From positions 32,001-96,000 of the forward strand of contig JAUVXW010000001.1 in assembly GCA_030603385.1 (NCBI GenBank): DNA of 64,000 nucleotides. Reading direction: 5' to 3'. The position numbers and the translations under genes are program-made. Below, one piece after another: positions 31,934 through 42,339 of the stretch (position 1 is its first letter; every line of letters begins with the position of its first letter). Source of the stretch: Promethearchaeota archaeon (GTDB lineage: Archaea; Asgardarchaeota; Lokiarchaeia; Sigyniarchaeales; SOKP01). The notes under the pieces were generated by a model. It made no database searches. It had not been told where the DNA came from and was given only the letters and a program-made list of their open reading frames with translations.

Positions 31934-32761
31934 ATGAGCGAAAAAAAGGTAGTCTTAATAGAAGAAAATGAAGACCAAACAATAACCACAATCAAGTTGA
32001 ATCGTTTAGAGAAAAAAAATGCTATAAATTGGGATGTATTAAACGGTTTAGAAAAAGCGATTGAAGAAGCAGAACAATCAAAAACTAGGGTTATTATTTT
32101 AACCGGCGCGACTGATTTTTTTAGTTCTGGAATTGACTTAAATCTTCTAGCTGGTCAAGATCCTACTTCAACAGAAAGGGGACCAGACTTGTCCACCCCA
32201 TCCCATTTTAGATACTACTTAAATACTAAATTTCACCCAATAGTGATAAAAATTGGAAAAGTTGAAAAGCCATTTATAGCTAGAATTGAAGGATTTTGCT
32301 TTGGATTAGGTTTTGAACTAGCCCTGGCATGTGATTTCCGATTTTCTCTAGAAAATGCTAAATTTAGTATGCCTGAGGTAAAGGTAGGAATCATTCCTGA
32401 CGTGTCTGGAACAACAAGACTCACACGATTGTGTGGAATATCGCACGCAAAGGATATTGCATTAACTGGAAGGATTTTTGATGGCATAGAAGCATATAGA
32501 ATGGGTGCAGTAAACGGAATAGCAAAAAATAGAGAAGAATTAGACGTCTTGGTGAAAAAATACTCGGATGAACTAATAGATAGCGCCCCACTTGCAGTAG
32601 GATTAGGTAAAAAATTAATCGATAATATTTATGGTCAGAATCTTGAATTTGGTTTAGAACTGGAAGGCCTTGTAAATTCTCAATTATTACAATCAAGCGA
32701 TTTTAGAAAAGGAGCTATGGCTCGATTACAAAAACAAAAGCCAAAATGGAAAGGTAAATAA
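31934..32761 (+). CDS. Enoyl-CoA hydratase/isomerase family protein
   Basis: LNRLEKKNA, FSSGIDL, GLGFELALACD and PEVKVGIIPD motifs. Confidence 0.93.
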   Translation: MSEKKVVLIEENEDQTITTIKLNRLEKKNAINWDVLNGLEKAIEEAEQSKTRVIILTGATDFFSSGIDLNLLAGQDPTSTERGPDLSTPSHFRYYLNTKFHPIVIKIGKVEKPFIARIEGFCFGLGFELALACDFRFSLENAKFSMPEVKVGIIPDVSGTTRLTRLCGISHAKDIALTGRIFDGIEAYRMGAVNGIAKNREELDVLVKKYSDELIDSAPLAVGLGKKLIDNIYGQNLEFGLELEGLVNSQLLQSSDFRKGAMARLQKQKPKWKGK

Positions 32762-32797
32762 ACATTATTTAAATATTATTTTTAACATCTAATTGGA

Positions 32798-33703
32798 GTG
32801 CCTGATTTTTTGGTAGTCAAAGTAGATTATCATTGTAATAATGAAATTTTAGAATGGCAGTGGTCATCAGATAGTGAATTGATGACCGACCCTTTCTTTA
32901 CGTCTTGTTATTTAGTTGATGGTCTTCTCATTGATTCTGGAGCTCCTGGAGGAGTTGATGACTTGCGGGAGTTTGTGAACTCATTAAATCCTGAAGACAT
33001 GATTGAGAAATGTTTTATTACACATGCTCATGAGGATCATGCTGGTGGAGCTCATTTATTAAACACAGAGTTTGGAATTCCTATATATTCTGGTGAAAAA
33101 GCCATTAATCTTTTAAAATCTGGTAATACTTATCCAGATTATCGTCAAATGGCTTGGGGACCGAAACTATTACCTGTGAATGCTATATTTATAGAAGAAT
33201 TCATAATCACGAAATCAAAAAAATATAAGTTTGAATTATTTCCTATGTCTGGACATGCTCCAGAATTAATCACTCTTATAGAAAGAAAGCAGCAATGGGC
33301 TTTTGTTGCAGATGCAGTACAACCAAAATACAAGATGATATTCGGTGGACATAGCGATATACAAGAAGATATTTCATTAATTTTTCAAGCTCTACAAGAA
33401 TTGTATGACTTTACTGAGGGTATGAATGACTTACTAATATTTTCTGCAGGTAATGGCGTATTTCATAGCAGAGAATTTTTGATTGAGAAATTAAGGGAAA
33501 TTAAAAAAATGCATCAACAAGTCCATGAAGTTTATAAAACCCTTCCCAAAAATAAATATTCTAAAAAGCAAATTATAAGAAAAATATTAAAACAAGTATA
33601 TGGTAAGGAAAGTTTTGTCGGACAAATGACTCGAGGTGCTCTTTCGAGAAAAAATTTGATATCATCTCTACTTGATTGGCCAATAGATGGAAAATTAGCT
33701 TAA
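32798..33703 (+). CDS. Metallo-beta-lactamase fold hydrolase
   Basis: LIDSG, THAHEDHAGG, GHAP and ADA motifs. Confidence 0.88.
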   Translation: MPDFLVVKVDYHCNNEILEWQWSSDSELMTDPFFTSCYLVDGLLIDSGAPGGVDDLREFVNSLNPEDMIEKCFITHAHEDHAGGAHLLNTEFGIPIYSGEKAINLLKSGNTYPDYRQMAWGPKLLPVNAIFIEEFIITKSKKYKFELFPMSGHAPELITLIERKQQWAFVADAVQPKYKMIFGGHSDIQEDISLIFQALQELYDFTEGMNDLLIFSAGNGVFHSREFLIEKLREIKKMHQQVHEVYKTLPKNKYSKKQIIRKILKQVYGKESFVGQMTRGALSRKNLISSLLDWPIDGKLA

Positions 33704-33749
33704 CAAAACAAGTGTCTATTAAATATTGATATTAAAAAAAGCCTTAATT

Positions 33750-33899
33750 TCAATTAATCAGTTTTAGAAAGTTGTCGATTATAGTATTATGATATTGTTT
33801 AGGTTGAATCTGTAATTCTTCACTTAACCAAATTTTATTTAAAATTTCCTCCCGCGAAATCTCTAATCTTATATCATAAGCAATTTCTTTATCCGACAC
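33750..33899 (-). CDS. Small ORF or gene remnant (49 aa, not in ORF track)
   Basis: GTG to TGA, encoding VSDKEIAYDIRLEISREEILNKIWLSEELQIQPKQYHNTIIDNFLKLIN. Protein-like composition. Confidence 0.3.
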   Translation of the reverse strand: MSDKEIAYDIRLEISREEILNKIWLSEELQIQPKQYHNTIIDNFLKLIN

Positions 33900-34124
33900 A
33901 ATTGATTAATGAAATTACTTGTATTTAAATTCATGCTTAATGAAAAATAGGTACATTAAATTCATTATTAACCCATTAACATAAAATAGAAACATACTTA
34001 ACTCTAAATTGTTTGAAGATTAATAATTAAATCATAAAATTAAAGTTCTTTTAGGAACTATATATTCATATAATTGTCTGCTTAAATGTTATGTAATCAT
34101 TATTTACATAGATAATAATTATTT

Positions 34125-34796
34125 TTGATTAATATGATAGAGATTGACGAGAAAGAGCTTAACAAACTAAGCATAGATAAACTAACTCATCTATTTATGG
34201 ATGTTATCAATGAACAAAATTTAAAGTTAATTGAAGGAATTGAATTTCTTGTAGAGGAAAATTTTGATAGCTTTGAAAAAAATTTGCGTTATGTAATAGA
34301 TACTAATACAGAAGTTAAAATTAAGAAGAGATTCGAATCCAAAATATTTAAATCAAAATTAATGTTTTCAAAAGGAGATAGATTAAAACTTTTTACTAAA
34401 ATAAATGATATAAAAAATATCGGGGAATTCATAGCCAATAAAATGCTTCTTTATAAAGCAGTGTTTCCCGATGATAAATTTAAATTACAAATTCAAAGCG
34501 TTCTCAAATCTTTAAAAATAATTTCAAATGAAGTAGCTGACGCTGTTAAATCAATAGGAATCGATTTAAGTAAAGCTCATGACATCTGTGAAGAAGTCAA
34601 AGAAGAAAGACGGAAAATGAGAATAGAAGAATTCCAACTATTAAATCAACTTTATAATTATGATATGGATTATTTATCAAGGACCTTCTTGTATCTAAAA
34701 GAATTGATAGAAAGTATCATGATGTTAGCCGATCACCTTAAAAACTTCGCTGAATACATCCAGTTTTTAGCAACAAAATATCTAGTTTTCGATTAA
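34125..34796 (+). CDS. DUF47/PhoU-like phosphate transport regulator (divergent)
   Basis: Helical-bundle pattern. It sits directly upstream of the Pit gene and resembles the downstream DUF47 gene. Confidence 0.6.
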   Translation: MINMIEIDEKELNKLSIDKLTHLFMDVINEQNLKLIEGIEFLVEENFDSFEKNLRYVIDTNTEVKIKKRFESKIFKSKLMFSKGDRLKLFTKINDIKNIGEFIANKMLLYKAVFPDDKFKLQIQSVLKSLKIISNEVADAVKSIGIDLSKAHDICEEVKEERRKMRIEEFQLLNQLYNYDMDYLSRTFLYLKELIESIMMLADHLKNFAEYIQFLATKYLVFD

Positions 34797-34818
34797 AAAT
34801 ATATATTTATGATTTGAT

Positions 34819-35856
34819 ATGGCTACTGACATTAATTTAACTCTGATCATAGTCTTAATAGTTATGGCGATTGCACTCGCCTTCTCGATCGGCTCCAATG
34901 ACGAGACACTTGCTGCAATGGTCGGCGCTGGCGTCCTCAAATTTAAAATTGCTCTAATTGTAGGAGGTGCCGCAATAGGTTCTGGTATGATTCTTTTTAG
35001 TGGGGGTTTTGTTCCTGAAACAGTAGGTAGAAGTCTTTTAGGTGAAGGTTTAGAATCAAAATATACTAATATTATGCTCTTAGCCGTACTGATAAGTAGC
35101 ATTACATGGTTAGTAATAGGTAGTTTTGCCGGCATTCCCTTAAGTAGTACTCACTCTTTAATTGGTAGCATTGTTGGAGTAGTGATAGTATATGCAATCT
35201 TTCAAGGTGGGGTTGATCTTAATAATGCATTTAACTATGATAAGTTAAGAGATGTAGTGTTAAGCTGGTTTATATCCCCATTATCTGGCTTATTAATAAC
35301 ATATGTTCTCTTTAAAATCAGTGCTAAGTTATTTTTATCTCGTCTCAGAGGTCTTAATCAGATAGAAAAATCTGAAAAATCTTTTAAATGGTTATTATTT
35401 ATTGCAGTTATATTTGCCGAAATCTGGGTTGGAGCTAATTCTGGGGAAGCTTTAGGTATTCTTTTAGGTCTTAGAGAAAATAATTCTATAACCAATGGTC
35501 AATACCTATTCTTTGCAATTTTCTGCGGGATTTTTGCTTTCCTTGGCATTTATTTTGCGGCACGATATGTAATCCGAAATTTGGCTTCCTATATGATAGA
35601 TACGCGTCCTAGCGAGGGATTTATTATTCAAATAAGTTCTGCTATAATTCTAATGATTGCCACACTTTTGGCTCTCCCAATTAGTCACTCACATGTAATA
35701 GTATTTTGTATTATTGGTTTAAGTCTCGCTCAAAAGAAAGAAATAGACTATAGAGGTTTGGGTAAAATGGGACTCTATTGGGTTCTTACATTTCCAATAG
35801 CTGCTTTTTTAGCAGGATTTTTATATTTTATTTTTAGTTCATTTGGATTATCATGA
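34819..35856 (+). CDS. pitA: Inorganic phosphate transporter (PiT family)
   Basis: GSND, GIPLSSTHSLIGSIVG, GAN and LPISHSH motifs. Confidence 0.88.
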   Translation: MATDINLTLIIVLIVMAIALAFSIGSNDETLAAMVGAGVLKFKIALIVGGAAIGSGMILFSGGFVPETVGRSLLGEGLESKYTNIMLLAVLISSITWLVIGSFAGIPLSSTHSLIGSIVGVVIVYAIFQGGVDLNNAFNYDKLRDVVLSWFISPLSGLLITYVLFKISAKLFLSRLRGLNQIEKSEKSFKWLLFIAVIFAEIWVGANSGEALGILLGLRENNSITNGQYLFFAIFCGIFAFLGIYFAARYVIRNLASYMIDTRPSEGFIIQISSAIILMIATLLALPISHSHVIVFCIIGLSLAQKKEIDYRGLGKMGLYWVLTFPIAAFLAGFLYFIFSSFGLS

Positions 35857-35936
35857 TAAATGTTAAAAAGAAAAAAAAAATATATAATAATAACTGAAAC
35901 AATATGGTGGTATAAATAGGGTCTTTAATTGAATTT

Positions 35937-36599
35937 TTGAAAAGAGAAACTGCTGTCAATGCTTTAGAAAAATCCGTTAAACATGCTCAAATAGTTCAAG
36001 AAACTGTAAAGAATTTAGATGCAGGTTTACAGATTTTATTGAAAGAAAAAGATGTTGAAAAGTCACATAAACTATTTCATAAAGTTGATGTTTTAGAAAG
36101 AGATGCAGATAACTTAAGAAGAAAAATCCAAAAAGATATTTCAAGAGGAGAATTAAATCCAAGCGTAAGACAAAATTTATCACATTTAATTAAAAGGATG
36201 GATGATGTTGCAAATTGCAGTACAGGTGTTGCACGTAGAATTAATACAATTCCTTTGAAATTTTGGGAGGAAAGTAGTAAAGAAACAATTGATTTAATAT
36301 TAGAAATGATGAAAACTACCGTTGACTGTGTTCAATTTCTAGATAAAATCGTACTCGATTTGCTCGAGGAAAGAAAAAATATAATGAAATTCTCCACACA
36401 AATAAATCAGCTTGAGCATACAGTAGATCTGCTTAATATTGAATTGAGAAAAAATCTCCAAGAAACCGAATATACTGTAAATTTTTTTACGATTTTCACA
36501 GCTGGAAACGTATTTGACATTTTAGAAGCAATATCAGATTCAATCGAGGGTGTTGCAGATTATATTTTGGTACTATTAACAAGCGCAGAAAGATTGTAA
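35937..36599 (+). CDS. DUF47 family phosphate transport regulator
   Basis: LERDADNLRR, MDDVAN, LEHTVD and ISDSIEGVAD motifs. Follows the Pit gene. Confidence 0.85.
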   Translation: MKRETAVNALEKSVKHAQIVQETVKNLDAGLQILLKEKDVEKSHKLFHKVDVLERDADNLRRKIQKDISRGELNPSVRQNLSHLIKRMDDVANCSTGVARRINTIPLKFWEESSKETIDLILEMMKTTVDCVQFLDKIVLDLLEERKNIMKFSTQINQLEHTVDLLNIELRKNLQETEYTVNFFTIFTAGNVFDILEAISDSIEGVADYILVLLTSAERL

Positions 36600-36651
36600 C
36601 TTTGTATTAAAGGTTAGATTTATTAATGGATAAAAGAAGAATTAGTTTGAA

Positions 36652-38226
36652 TTATATTAAACTTTGACCAACAACACTCTTATGAGGCATCTTCCCTAAC
36701 ATTTTTAACAGAGTTGGAACAATGTCAGTTATTTTACAATAAGAAATATGTTTATGTGGAATTTCTGGAGATCCCCCGATAATCAACGGAACGTTCATAC
36801 ATTCTCTTATACCCCTATCATGATTATAGATATTTTTATTCCCTTTTTTACCATTTTTTAGATTATAAACTACTGATCCATCATTGCTTAAAATTATATC
36901 GGAGCTTCTAGGATTTTTAAAATGACGGGGTATTAAATCGGAGTACATTGGATAATCAAGGTGGTATGTAGCACCTAACCATTCTTGAATGGTGTGAAAT
37001 TTGTTATCCATTAATTTGCTAGCATTTTCGTCGTTTGAGTAATCGAAAATATCGGTATCATCATTTTCCATAATGTATCTTGTTTTATAATTATTACCCA
37101 TACCGGAATATTCAATAGCACCGGAAATTATTTTTTTTGATTTTTTATTCTTCTTCTTTAAATGAATAATTCCCTTGTTGACTGTATTTTTTTCATCTCT
37201 ATAGTACATTAAATGGCTGCCTTCAATTTTGAATAAGTCTTGCAGTAAATTTATTTTTTTAGGACCATATCTTTCTAATTCTTTAACAGTGGGATGAGAC
37301 CAACTATTTTTTACATCAGAATTAGTATTTCCTTTAAAATTAAAGAAGCCAATTCCGTCATATTTCGCTAAATTCATATTTCCCCGTAAATTCCTTCGAG
37401 GATGATAATGAGTTAGTTTATTTGCTTTAAAAAAATCAAATATCTTACCATATCTTTCTGCTTTATAATTTCCATGATCGGAAACAATTGCTATCGCAGT
37501 ATCATCTAAATATCCCATTTTATCCAAACTCTCAACTAATAGACCAATTACTTTATCAATATGCAAAATATTTAATTTATAGATTTGCGAATTGAACCCA
37601 AAAATATGTAATAAAATGTCAGGTGTCATAAACCATAATAATGATGCAACTGGAGGTTCAGAATCTTTAATAAATTTTTTTGGTTTTTTAAAAGTGTCAA
37701 TTAGCTTTTTTACTACACCAGTATCAGCTCTGGCCATCATTTTCTTTATATTTCGTGAATAGTATAAAGTTAGATAAAACATAGCAAGTTTAGTTTTTCT
37801 TTCTGGAAAAAAATACTTTGATCCCCGGCTGACAAACTGAGCAATACTAGCAGTCTTCCCATCTCCAACCATTTCAAGAATGGTTTTGCATCTGTTTCCA
37901 AGATCTTTATTTAACTTATATATTTGTAGATTTTTGGCAGTGTAATCTCTTAAAAATGGAGGGGCAATATCACGACCCATCCAATTCATTAACGGTACAC
38001 CATGACAGAATTCTTTACGGTAATCACCAGTGTATGTCCCTGTTACTAATGAGACATGAGTTGGAAAAGTAATAGGTGGAAAATCAGTTATGCAATTCTT
38101 GGAATAAATCCCATTTTCCATCAATTTCTTTATGTTAGGGAGCAATCCTTTTTCTATAAAATTAAATAGAAGGTCAGATCTTACATTATCAATTATGCAG
38201 TAGATAATCCTATTTATCTTATTCAT
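36652..38226 (-). CDS. Alkaline phosphatase superfamily / nucleotide pyrophosphatase-phosphodiesterase
   Basis: IIDNVR, catalytic TFPTH, PDILLH, SDHG and DIVPT motifs. Confidence 0.87.
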   Translation of the reverse strand: MNKINRIIYCIIDNVRSDLLFNFIEKGLLPNIKKLMENGIYSKNCITDFPPITFPTHVSLVTGTYTGDYRKEFCHGVPLMNWMGRDIAPPFLRDYTAKNLQIYKLNKDLGNRCKTILEMVGDGKTASIAQFVSRGSKYFFPERKTKLAMFYLTLYYSRNIKKMMARADTGVVKKLIDTFKKPKKFIKDSEPPVASLLWFMTPDILLHIFGFNSQIYKLNILHIDKVIGLLVESLDKMGYLDDTAIAIVSDHGNYKAERYGKIFDFFKANKLTHYHPRRNLRGNMNLAKYDGIGFFNFKGNTNSDVKNSWSHPTVKELERYGPKKINLLQDLFKIEGSHLMYYRDEKNTVNKGIIHLKKKNKKSKKIISGAIEYSGMGNNYKTRYIMENDDTDIFDYSNDENASKLMDNKFHTIQEWLGATYHLDYPMYSDLIPRHFKNPRSSDIILSNDGSVVYNLKNGKKGNKNIYNHDRGIRECMNVPLIIGGSPEIPHKHISYCKITDIVPTLLKMLGKMPHKSVVGQSLI

Positions 38227-38529
38227 AATATTAGAAATCTTGAGCTAAGAATTATAATATTTCAAGAATTAAAAAATATAATATTATTGAATATTTGAAA
38301 ATAAGAAGATGTCAACAAAAATAAATACAAAAAGTTGATTTTCTGGATGGATGATCCCTCCTTTTTTTAAGAAGGGGAGGTATTCTTCCTCAAGTATCTT
38401 CTTATTCCCCTTTAATTGCTCTCGATATACATATAATGCATAATCTAAATGAGAAAACTTCTTACGAGTATTTAAAAAAGTAATTAAATGATGATTTGAT
38501 TAAGGAGAATAAGGTTTAATATGGGATAA

Positions 38530-38662
38530 TGGAGCCCCCGGTGGGAATTTCAGGATAAAACACAATGTTCAACCCAATTGAACCCACGGCCGGCAGATTA
38601 CAATTACAGCGTAGTATAATTTATTACTACTGTCTGCTGCTCTACCACTAAGCCACGGAGGC
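38530..38662 (-). tRNA. tRNA-Thr(UGU) with two introns (32/33: 38604-38631; 59/60: 38547-38576) and encoded CCA
   Basis: Acceptor stem GCCTCCG/CGGGGGC, U73, CCA. Anticodon arm GCAGA-C|TTGTAA-TCTGC after removing 28 nt. T arm GTGGG-TTCAAT|T-CCCAC after removing 30 nt. Spliced length is 75 nt. Confidence 0.88.
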
Positions 38663-38805
38663 GAAACTTTTTTCTATATTTTATATGAAAATGTTATAAA
38701 TTTTTAATTTTGTGGTTTTAGGACGTTTAAAAATCAACACAAATAATTAAATGTTAACTTGAACTATTGTTCATAAATTATTAAATAATATTTTTGAGAG
38801 GAAAA

Positions 38806-39153
38806 ATGCCGTTTACTAAAGAAGATGTTGCTAAATTGGCTTTTAGGATATATAAGAAAGGGGAAACACTAGAAAAATCGACTTGGCGCCTTGCGGAGCT
38901 CTGCTGCGTTATTAACAAAAATATCAAGAATGGATATGATATCAAGCCATTAGAGACAGACAATCTAGTTATATTGATAAGGGATGATGTAAACGGTGAA
39001 ATAATTCAACCTCCCGAAAATGAAATAAAAGACATTGCAAAAGTAATTTATAATGAAGGGCCGAGTAAGAGCGAGCTAGATTATTTTATCGCCGAGAAAC
39101 AACTTCTTTTAGAAGAGATAAAGAATATAATTGTCCAAAATAGAAATACTTAA
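38806..39153 (+). CDS. Small protein with two DUF2934-like repeats
   Basis: EDVAKLAFRIYKKG...WRLAE and NEIKDIAKVIYNEG...YFIAE. ATG follows GAGG. Confidence 0.6.
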   Translation: MPFTKEDVAKLAFRIYKKGETLEKSTWRLAELCCVINKNIKNGYDIKPLETDNLVILIRDDVNGEIIQPPENEIKDIAKVIYNEGPSKSELDYFIAEKQLLLEEIKNIIVQNRNT

Positions 39154-39316
39154 TAAAATCTCAAAGTAAATTATTTGAATCTACTTTTTTTAATAGAATA
39201 TTGAATTTTGAAGAAGCCTAAGGACTATTAAATTAGGAATAGTTGGTATTATAATAGATATTATACTAATTATTAATAGTTGACAATTATATTATCATTT
39301 TTTATGGGATTGTAAA

Positions 39317-42307
39317 TTGCCGAGTCCAAGAAAAGGAAGAAATAAAAAAGCTGAAGATCAAATTCAAAAATCATTATTTTCCTTTGTTGATGAAAAAGAA
39401 AAGGAGAAGAAAGAACCAGCAGAAGAGTCTAAGAAAGAGCAAATTAAAGCCTTAGAAAAAGAAAAACCAATTGAAAAAGCTACGACTACTGAAGAAGAGA
39501 AAATTGTAGAAACTCAATCAAAAGAAAAACCTGAAATAAAAAAAATCTCTCAAATCTCCTTCTTTAAAGAAAAAGATGAGCCCTTTGGATTAATGGAAAG
39601 TAATATAAAGTTAGAAAAAGTCCTCAGAGAAGGAGTAACCTCAAAATATATCCGTTATTTGATTGCAAAGGGAGAAATAGTCGAGAATTTAGATAGAGGA
39701 TTATTACTGGATGTTGATTATGATGGTGGACAAAACAAAGCATTTTGTAAATTCTATGATTTAGACACTGAGGATATAAAGATTTGGATTGATACAACTG
39801 AGCATGAACCTTATTGTTTAAGTAAAGAGCCAATTTCCGAATTAGAAAAATTATATTATTCAGAAAAAATTGGACAAACGAAGCAGAAAAAGAAATTAAC
39901 CGATTATGTGGGATTCAAGCGATTCGAGGAAATAAAACGATTTGATTTATTAAAAGATAAAGAAATTAAAATGACAAAGCTATACGGTGATACTCCTATA
40001 GATATAGGGGGCTCCGGAACGAATCTTCGTAATATCTTAAATGAAAATAAAAAGAAGGCGTGGGAAGCAGATATACGGTATCATTTAAACTATATCTTTG
40101 ATAGACAACTAATCCCTGGGTTAATTTATAGCATAAAAAATGGGAAACTTGAAATATTAGATTTTGAGAAAATTGATGATAATTCTAAAAGAATGGCTGA
40201 CGAGCTTCGAATTCTATTTAAAGACGAAGCTCCAGAAATTCAAGAATTCTCTGAGAAATTTTTAAATATCTTTATTACGCCTATCCCTGATGTCAAGCGT
40301 GTGGCTATGGATATAGAGATTAAAATAGGTGAAAAAGATTATAGAATTCCTGATCCACGTTCAGCTAAACAAGAAGTTATCAGTGTATCGTTTGTAGCTA
40401 CTGATGGATTAAAAGTAGTGTATATGCTTGAACGAGAAGATTATAGTTTTGAAAAACTTCATGAAGAATTTCCCTCAGATGCAAGAATTGTTCTCTTTAA
40501 ATCTGAAAAGGAATTAATTACAGAAACGTTTCGGCTCCTATGGAAATATCCTGTTGTTATAACTTTTAATGGCGACAATTTTGATTTAAACTATCTATTC
40601 CATCGAGCGAATGAAAAATTGAAGATTAATAGAGATTTAAATCCTATTCATGTAAAGCGAGGTTTTGGAATCTTATCAAAAGCAGAGTGCGATTTAAGAA
40701 GCGGAATTCACATTGACGTATTTAATATATTCTTTAATAGAAGTATTTCAGGATATGCATTTGGAGGTGTTTATGAAAGTGCTTCTCTCAATGCCATTAG
40801 TGCTGCCTTATTGGGAGAAGAAAAGTATCAACATGAGGAACTAATTCATGAAATGGAATTTGATATTCTTTCATGGTATAATCTTAAAGATTCCATATTG
40901 ACACTAGATCTTACGAAGTTTAACAATTCTCTCGTTTGGAACCTGATAATTCTATTATGTCGAATAACAAAAATGCCAATCCATGATATGGTGCGAAGGC
41001 AGATTTCAACCTGGATACAAAATATTTTTTATTTTGAACACCGTAGAAAAGGTTATCTAATTCCTCAACGGTCAGAAATAAGAGAATTAAAAGAAGGGGG
41101 AAAATTATCATCTAAGACTAATGATGAAAAATTCATGGGAGCCTACGTTATTCCTCCTGTTCCTGGAATTCATTTTGATGTTGTTGTCATGGATTTCGCC
41201 TCACTTTATCCCTCTATAATTAAGGAATATAATCTTTCTTACGAAACAGTTTTATGTCGTCATAAAGATGATGAGGATAATCTAGTCAAGGGGACTCCTT
41301 ATCATATATGCACGCATAAAATGGGAATATTTGCTTATGTAGTCGGCTTTTTCCGTGATATTAGGGTAAAGTATTTTAAACCAAAATCAGGCGATAAAAG
41401 CTTATCAGAAAAACAACGTAGTTATTACCAAACAATCCAACAAGCGCTTAAGGTTTTTATTAATGCTTCCTACGGAGTCTTTGGCTCACAAAACTTCCCT
41501 TTGCTTTGTTTACCCGTAGCAGAAAGTATTACAGGAATCGGACAGTATTCTATTAAGCAAACAATCAAAAAAGCTAAAGAATTAGGTGTAGAGGTTTTAT
41601 ATGGGGACACAGATTCAATTTTTCTTAAAAACCCTACAAAAGATCAAATGAAAGAAATATCCGATTGGAGTAAGAAAGAATTAGATTTAGATTTAGAAGA
41701 AGAAAAAACATATCAATTCTTAGCCCTTTCTGAAAGAAAAAAGAACTATCTTGGTATATATAAAGACACTAAATATGTTGACAAAAAGGGTTTAGTTGCT
41801 AAGAAGAAAAACACTCCCGAATTTATCAGAACTGTATTTAACGAAGTAATTGAAATCTTAAAAAATATCAATAATAATGAGGATTTTTTGAAAGCACGAA
41901 AATCTATTATTGATATTATTAAAATAAACAGAAAAAAAATAGGTAAAGAGGGTGAATTCAACTTAGAAGACTATTCGATTAATATAAGTATGCAAAAATC
42001 ACTTAAATCTTATGAGAAAACGATCCCCCAACATGTGAGAGCTGCGTTAGAATTAAAAGCCAGAACAGGAAGAGAACTCCAAAAAGGAGACAATGTTAAA
42101 TTTATCAAAAGTAACGATAAAATTGGAGCTAAAGCGTTTGAATTGGCTAAATTTGGAGATCTAGATGTTAAAAAGTATAAAGAACTATTGAGATCAGCAT
42201 TAGAGCAGTTATTAGATGCATTAGGAATTGAATATGAAGAAATTATTTTAAAAGGATATAAAAAGAAGAAAGAAGCCGAACCAAAACATCAATCGACACT
42301 TTTTTAA
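39317..42307 (+). CDS. polB1: Replicative family B DNA polymerase PolB1 (intact, intein-free)
   Basis: Dpo1-like N-domain LLDVDYDG..KAFCKFYD..HEPY. Exonuclease motifs DIE, FNGDNFD and YNLKD. Polymerase motifs DFASLYPS, KVFINASYG and YGDTDS, then PQHVRAA. N-terminal PIP-like QKSLFSF. Confidence 0.95.
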   Translation: MPSPRKGRNKKAEDQIQKSLFSFVDEKEKEKKEPAEESKKEQIKALEKEKPIEKATTTEEEKIVETQSKEKPEIKKISQISFFKEKDEPFGLMESNIKLEKVLREGVTSKYIRYLIAKGEIVENLDRGLLLDVDYDGGQNKAFCKFYDLDTEDIKIWIDTTEHEPYCLSKEPISELEKLYYSEKIGQTKQKKKLTDYVGFKRFEEIKRFDLLKDKEIKMTKLYGDTPIDIGGSGTNLRNILNENKKKAWEADIRYHLNYIFDRQLIPGLIYSIKNGKLEILDFEKIDDNSKRMADELRILFKDEAPEIQEFSEKFLNIFITPIPDVKRVAMDIEIKIGEKDYRIPDPRSAKQEVISVSFVATDGLKVVYMLEREDYSFEKLHEEFPSDARIVLFKSEKELITETFRLLWKYPVVITFNGDNFDLNYLFHRANEKLKINRDLNPIHVKRGFGILSKAECDLRSGIHIDVFNIFFNRSISGYAFGGVYESASLNAISAALLGEEKYQHEELIHEMEFDILSWYNLKDSILTLDLTKFNNSLVWNLIILLCRITKMPIHDMVRRQISTWIQNIFYFEHRRKGYLIPQRSEIRELKEGGKLSSKTNDEKFMGAYVIPPVPGIHFDVVVMDFASLYPSIIKEYNLSYETVLCRHKDDEDNLVKGTPYHICTHKMGIFAYVVGFFRDIRVKYFKPKSGDKSLSEKQRSYYQTIQQALKVFINASYGVFGSQNFPLLCLPVAESITGIGQYSIKQTIKKAKELGVEVLYGDTDSIFLKNPTKDQMKEISDWSKKELDLDLEEEKTYQFLALSERKKNYLGIYKDTKYVDKKGLVAKKKNTPEFIRTVFNEVIEILKNINNNEDFLKARKSIIDIIKINRKKIGKEGEFNLEDYSINISMQKSLKSYEKTIPQHVRAALELKARTGRELQKGDNVKFIKSNDKIGAKAFELAKFGDLDVKKYKELLRSALEQLLDALGIEYEEIILKGYKKKKEAEPKHQSTLF

Positions 42308-42339
42308 TTTTTCAATATTTTGAAAGGAGTGTATCGATT

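Noticed and set aside
38530-38662. tRNA-Tyr(GUA), suggested by the CTGTAA/TTGTAA words
   Set aside because: G1-C72 and U73 fit Thr, whereas archaeal Tyr has C1-G72 and A73. Only the UGU reading gives a 7-nt anticodon loop with a BHB.
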